DNA of 64,000 bases from Eledone cirrhosa. Taxonomy: Eukaryota. A program made the position numbers and the translations under genes. Under the pieces are notes generated by a model. That model was not told the origin of the DNA. It saw only the letters and a program-made list of their open reading frames with translations, and did not search any database. Shown in pieces: positions 57,658-64,000 of the stretch. The DNA is taken from the NCBI GenBank assembly GCA_964016885.1, contig OZ024740.1, forward strand, positions 385,764,001-385,828,000, given 5' to 3'. Position 1 is the first letter of the stretch. Every line of letters starts with the position of its first letter.

Positions 57658-58831
57658 GCAAGTGATGCTTTCGGAAAGCTAGAAAGGTGACTCTGGGGTC
57701 GGCGAGACATATGCAATAGAACAAAATTAAAGGTGTACAAGGCATGTGTGCTCTCTTGTCTTCTTTATGCCTGCGAGACCTGGGTCACATATCGACACCA
57801 CCTTAAGAAATTGGAGCGTTTCCATCAGATGTGTCTCAGACGGATCCATGGCGTTCACTGGAGGGACCACATCAGTGATGTCGAGATTTTGGAAAGCTCT
57901 ATGTGTGACAGTATAGAAGCTCTTGTGCTTAAGCAACGACTCCGTTAGAGTGGTCACCTTGCCAGGATGAAGGATTCTAGAATACCAAAACAACTCTTTT
58001 ATGGATAGTTAGTTAAAGGAAAACGACCGCCACATAAACCAAAAAAGAGGTATAAGGATTACTTGAAAGCCTCTCTGAAAGATGCTAACATCTCTGCTGA
58101 TACATGGGAAAATATTGTTGCTGATCGTAATAAATGGAGAAAGACTGTATAAGAGGGAAAAGTTGCCTTTGAGGCATCTCGAATCGCATACGAGAAAGAA
58201 AAGCGGGATGTGAAGAAGGGCATTGCTGTTGCACTTCTAGACGGCGAGGGTCCTCCTATGGTTCTGACATGCAGTGTCTGTGCGAGACTCTGCCTAAGCA
58301 AAGCTGGACTCGAAAGTCATCTTCGCAGTCATAAAGTAAGACCAGTGGTTGACTACCAGGCTGCTGTTGGAGATGCTACTCATCATGCTTGCCAAACATG
58401 TGGTAGAGAATGTAAATCAGCAGGAGGGCTCAAACGACATGCAAAAGTACATGAACTCCAACCACAGCCGGCTATTCCCAGTGAATGTTTTGGTTGCCGA
58501 CTCTGTGCAAGACATTTTAGATCATTGGCTGGGCTAAATAGCCACATTCGATCGCAGCGCTATTAGTTGCTATCGTCTGTGTGTGTGTGTATAGATATGT
58601 TTATGTGTGTGCGTGTGTGTGTATATATATATGTATATTATTATTGTTGTTATTATTATTATTATTATTGTTATTAATGTATATGTGTGTGTGTATATAT
58701 ATATATGTGTGTATATATGTATATGTATGTGTGTATATATATATATATATATATTTTTTTTTTTCTTTTTTATTTATTTTTTTTTTCTCCTTGTGCAATG
58801 GCCATACTCGATAACGAGGGGGCAGCCATCA
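57658..58831 (+). mobile_element. RTE LINE fragment with three C-terminal C2H2 zinc fingers
   Basis: [47 protein letters not shown]..; fingers CSVC..HLRSH, CQTC..HAKVH and CRLC..HIRSQ; several stops; probable 3' tip tggccatactcgataacgagggggcagccatc. Confidence 0.88.
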
Positions 58832-59024
58832 TATATATATATATGTTTGTATGTATGTGTATATATATATATATGTATGTATCTATGTGTATATATATAT
58901 ATATATATGTATGTATGTGTATATATATATATATATGTATGTATGTGTATATATATATATATGTATGTATGTGTATATATATATATATATATATGTGTAT
59001 GTATGTGTGTATATATATATGTAA

Positions 59025-59070
<46 letters not shown>

Positions 59071-59816
59071 ATGTATGTATGTATCTATATATATACAAGC
59101 AGAGAAGTGAGGTAAAGAGAGACATTGTATATGCAGAGAAGGTGTTTATACATACAGTGTTGGCTAAGTTATATTCTATCGTACAGTATAGTATTGAAAC
59201 AAAACACTGTTAACGCAACCATAATATATTAATCAAACTAGCTGCCAAGAATGTGTTATATATTCAAATTGGTCTATTCAGTTTACCTATGCGAATAGAA
59301 ATAATGATTTTTTCAGCTGTTTGTTTGTATACAGATAAGAAAATACTTAGTTACTATTAGAAGCCCCAGTATAAGGATTAAAATTAGCCCAGCTGATCCA
59401 CACAGTGTGCATATGTCTATGCATATAGTTATAGGGCTAAAAATCTCTATAGTCTGTATCCCAATATATATGTGTGTGTGTAGTAAACGAATCTGTTTTA
59501 CGGAAGCAATGTAATTTGAAATCTGTATCCAGACAATGTCCATCGTCCACATATGGGACCAGGAATGTTGGGATATGATTTGGAAGGTTGAATGTAATTT
59601 ATTTTCTTTAAGCAATAGGAGTCTGATGTGAGATGTCATAAGTACATTTAAGAGCTTGATTTGATTGAGTTTATGGCAGGTCAGTGGTTGTTTTACTGAG
59701 AAAGTTGGGACATAGTTTAGAAGATCAAGTGATTTACTTTCCTTAAGTGGTCAGAGTCTAGTTTGTGATGCCAAATGCAAGTTTATGAATTTTTTGCTTC
59801 AAAAAAATTGTTGGCT

Positions 59817-59963
59817 TCAAAAAACACCTTCAAAAAACAGCTTCCACTCTTGTCTTGCCATTGGCTGTTGTTTTTCTACGCCATCATAAATTCTGGTCAA
59901 TATTTGCTGCCACAGCCAATGGCAAGACAAGAGTGGAAGAAGTTTTTTGAAGGTGTTTTTTGA
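59817..59963. repeat. Inverted repeat, ~52-bp arms
   Basis: tcaaaaaacaccttcaaaaaacagcttccactcttgtcttgccattggctgt ... acagccaatggcaagacaagagtggaagaagttttttgaaggtgttttttga. Confidence 0.9.
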
Positions 59964-59988
59964 GAAAATTTGCTCCAAAAGCATTGCA

Positions 59989-60078
59989 TGTGTCTGAAGA
60001 ACCCGCAATTATATAATCAGGCAGATCCATACAATGATCATGTCCTGAGCTATCTGCCGGCGAAACAATTGTAACACG
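59989..60078 (+). ncRNA. Type I hammerhead ribozyme with extended stem II
   Basis: tgtgt CTGAAGA ..ggcagat..atctgcc.. GAAAC aatt GTA acacg; palindromic stem III acaattgt. Confidence 0.65.
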
Positions 60079-60217
60079 CAATAAACTGAGTCTAGATGCA
60101 TCACTAATTTTTCGTTTATTTATATTATATCACACTCTGCTCTGTAAGAACATAGAGTGCTCAACTGGCATACCGCCTATGGAAGCACCATAGCTACCAT
60201 TAAACACACACATATAT

Positions 60218-61128
60218 CATCATCATCATCATCACCGTTTTACGTCCGTTCTTCCACGCTAGCATGGGTTAGACGGGTTGTCCTGTTGTGGGCAGTGTCT
60301 GGTCGGCTGACCATGTCTTGCTCATACAGGAACTGATCTGGCTTGATTTCTACAGCTGGATGCCCTTCCTAACACCAACCTCATTTACAGTGAGTGCTGG
60401 GTGCTTTTTCGTGGCGCCTACACGTCCACTTTACAGTGTGGGCTGGGTGCTTTTTTGCCGTGGCACCTCCACGACCACCTTGCGGTGGGGGGGGGGGGGC
60501 ATATTGTTTATATGCTTCAGCATGTACCCATGGGAGGTCGGGTACCCTGTATTACTGCGTGACGCCAGAAGTCACGGTCGTGTGTCATTGACTTTGAGAG
60601 GTGTAGTTGGGTAAGGTCGGCTTTTATCACCTCATCCCAAGTCATCTTGGGTCTCCCCACTCCGCGGTTTCCATCAACTTCTAGTGCTCTGCACCTTTTT
60701 ATGCAGCTGTCATCCTTCATACGCATCACATGTCCATACCAGCGTAACCGCCTCTCCTGCACGCAGCATTTGATTCCTCTTATGCTCAGTCTCTCTCTCA
60801 ATTCATTTATGCTTTGTCGTTCACGTATATTACTGTTACACATCCATCGGAGCATGCAGGCTTCGTTTCTCTCTAATCTACGTAAGTCTTCCACCTTCAG
60901 CGCCCAGGTCTCACTACCATGCAACATCGCTGTTCGGATACACGCATCATACAGTCTGCCTTTCATTCTGAGGGAGAAGCCTTTTGCAGCTAGCAGTGGT
61001 AGTAGTTCCCTAAACTTCTTCCATCCCGTTCTTACCCTAGTTATTGTACTTTCTGAGCACCCACCTCCGTTGCTAATTCGGTCACCTAGGTAGCAGAAGC
61101 TGTCTACTGTTTCTACAGGGCCCTCCCA
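60218..61128 (-). mobile_element. RTE LINE subfamily B, 5'-truncated (copy B3)
   Basis: Nearly identical to the 3' 0.9 kb of B1 and B2; (GAT)n tail. Confidence 0.96.
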
Positions 61129-61133
61129 TATAT

Positions 61134-61239
61134 ATGCTGCTTAAACAGTACATATACTAAAATTGGGACAATACAGAGAAGATTAGTATGGCCCCCATGC
61201 AAGGATGACACACAAATTCTTGATGTATTCCATATTCTT
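61134..61239 (+). pseudogene. U6: U6 snRNA retropseudogene
   Basis: Colinear with full U6 (catatactaaaattgg..atacagagaagattag.atggcccc..gcaaggatgacac.caaattc.tga...ttccatatt) including the ACAGAGA box; many CpG-type substitutions; catalytic AGC triad reads AGT. Confidence 0.92.
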
Positions 61240-61292
61240 AATGACAGTGCCCCAGCATGGCCTCAGTCTGTTCAATGGAACAGGTAAAAGGG

Positions 61293-61375
<83 letters not shown>

Positions 61376-61577
61376 AAGTATGAGTGCTGTGTTTGTGATT
61401 GGAAACATTTTTAGTATTCTGTATTTTACCATGATATTTTTAGTTCAGCCAATTGCATGATGAAATATCAAAAAGATGGACAGTTTGTATGCTGCTGTGC
61501 AATATTTGAAAAATTGAATAAATTAATGTGTTACAAGAGACTTACACGAAATGTGGCAAAACAGAGATGGAGAATGT

Positions 61578-61695
<118 letters not shown>

Positions 61696-61954
61696 AAGAC
61701 ATAGAGGCACATACACATGTATAGATAAAGTAACTTATGTATATTTGCATATAGAACTAAAAACATCCACATCTACACATGCAATGACATCCATACCTGC
61801 AGACAAACATCCATAATTGCCTAGTTGATGTTGTCTAAATTCCAATGAAAGTCTTGTTTCTGTGTAGAAACTGGCTTTCACTCTCTATTGGTGAGAAATT
61901 TTTTACAAATAAAACTAGAACAACATACAAATATATATATATATATATATATAT

Positions 61955-62700
61955 AGTACTCAATACTTGGGGTAGTAGAGTGGGTAATATGAAAAGATTC
62001 AGGACCCTGATGGTTGAGCTCCGTCCATTTCGACAGTTAGGTCTGAACAATTTGAATCTAGCTGTCGAAACGGCCAACGGCCAGAGCTCAGCCCTCTTTT
62101 CAGATGCAGTGCTGAAACAGCCCAAGATAAAACAAATGAGTGATTTAAACTTTCTTCTCTAACTGGTCCTATGTATTAGAAAAATATATATGCATGCGCG
62201 GGGTTGCTATAGTAACCATTCTGCTACTTTCTTTTATGACCTATTATTTATTTCTGGCTTTAATCAGCTGATGAAAATGGTTTCCTTAATTCTCTCCCGT
62301 ATTCCTTTCACCCGCCTCTATGATGACCTCAATATTTCGGTTGTGGCATCTGTCAATATGTTTTTTGATGGAAGAGGCTCTCATTGTCATGTGCTCTTTG
62401 ATCTCTATGTGTAGCAGCCTTCTTATGGTACTTCCAATGTATGAGGAGCTGAATTTTTTGCACATGATCTTATAGACCACATATGCTCTCATGCACACTT
62501 CTGCATTGTTGATGGGACTATTAGGAAGTGTGAATATATTGCTATATATGGATTGCTGTCTGTGGAGCAGTCTCCTCAAAGAAGCTCTTGAATGTGCCAG
62601 TCATATATTCAGCCTCTCCCTGTGGATGGTTTGTCTACTGGCAGCTGTCATCTTCTCATTGAAATGTAGCAGCTTTAGGTAGCAAATGTTATCCTTAGGG
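61955..62700 (-). mobile_element. Degraded Penelope-like element 3' portion
   Basis: GIY-YIG remnant VVYKIMCKKFSSSYIGSTIR..IKEH (62286-62579), followed by a hairpin and terminal block shared with 47707-47891. Confidence 0.7.
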
Positions 62701-64000
62701 GCAAATGTCCTTGTTCTTTTATGTGCTACTGCCTCGGCATGGTGTTGTATAAACACTTATAAACATGCACACATGCAATCACATAAACATGGTTTTTGTC
62801 AACTAAATTTTCTTAACAGAATATTGGCCAGGTTATGATAAAATATGGCTGACCAAAAGGATAGAACCCAGCTACACAATGCCACAAAACTAACCTCTTA
62901 ACCCAGTTGTTCTCAATCTTTTTATACTCAGGATACACTTTAGGTGAAATAGAAATATATTTGCCACACTTTGTACAGGAAGTCAAAAATGGTATTAAAA
63001 ATATATAGCCTGTAGATAGAAATAAATAATTTTAACTGCAGAAAATTAAGAACTGGCTTCTTTATCTATCATCACCATCCTTTAACATCTGTTTCCCTTG
63101 CTAACAAGGGTTTGATGGGTTGTCACAGATTAAGTCTGTTGGTAATCAGGGCCACTGATCTCTCAGATAGGCCAGGAGCTCATCTTGCTTACATATGTCC
63201 CTGCATTCTACAGAGTGTACTGTGCATTTTAGCATGGAGGTTGTCATGTTTTGACACAACTGAAATGTCTTCTCTATCTTTTGTTTGGTAAGTTTTCTAT
63301 GGCTTAATGTACTTACTATCACCAACCATTTTTGAGAGTATACTGGGTCCATTTTTATCATGTCATGAACACTAGAAAGGTCGTAGTGCCTTTGACAGAC
63401 TGAAGAGTCTTTTCAACCCTTTTTGGCATGTTTTTTACTGCTTGATGCCCTTCCTATTACCAACCACCTTAAATGGTGTACTGGATGCATTTTATCAAAG
63501 CACCAGCACTAGGAAGGTTGTCAATCATTGACTCAACTGAAGAGCCATGTCTACCCTATTCAATAAACAAATAATCTTTAACTTGACTTTACTGTATAAT
63601 TAGAATTTCAGTTTGCATTTTTTCACATTTTTTAATATATTTTATGAAATTCATAACACATATGACTATGTCTCATAGCACACAACATCTCGTGTCCTAT
63701 GATGCTCCATTCCTGAACCTCTATCATTGTCAGATAGACATGCTTGCTGTATCCATAATATTTAAAAGTTTTGAGCAAATACCAGTCTGCTCAATATCTA
63801 AAACTAACATTTCATGTATTCTTTCTATCATTTAGACAGGTTGAAAGTAATTTTCTTTACTATTATTCTTACACTCTCGTGACCTGGTTAAAGATTGTTT
63901 TGTTCTTTTTTAATCTTTGACATTGCATAGATATTTTGGAATCTTTTTACCTTTTTCTAATATATTCAGCTTATGAGTTGTTAGAACACTTAAATCTGTC

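Noticed and set aside
60218-61239. U6 fused to RTE-B3 as a classic U6/LINE chimera
   Set aside because: They are head-to-head on opposite strands and separated by a TA run; an independent young insertion next to an older U6 copy is more likely.

Overview
AT-rich eukaryotic DNA, most likely an octopod cephalopod. This is an inference from the SINE/RTE repertoire and the very long (TA)n arrays. The window is almost entirely intronic sequence of a large + strand gene. Two short phase-1 exons (20659-20778 and 41445-41612, 20.7 kb apart) splice into one complete, cysteine-less immunoglobulin I-set domain. The introns are packed with transposable elements. One RTE LINE group carries a C4HC3 PHD-like finger inside its reverse transcriptase; it has one near-intact 1047-aa copy and five 5'-truncated copies, three of which are almost identical. 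Other retroelements are an RTE with three C2H2 fingers, a CR1-like fragment, and several Penelope-like elements, including a Neptune-like and a Naiad-like copy fused head-to-head. At least four canonical-core minimal hammerhead ribozymes are present. DNA elements include a Tigger/pogo, a DD37D (maT) transposon, piggyBac-type MITEs and a Helitron-like element with a 92-bp tandem array. There are also tRNA-derived SINEs and a U6 snRNA retrocopy fused to a retroposon 3' tail. Most ORF-track entries (YI/YM/CV repeats) are microsatellite artefacts. Element boundaries were read by eye and can be off by a few bases.
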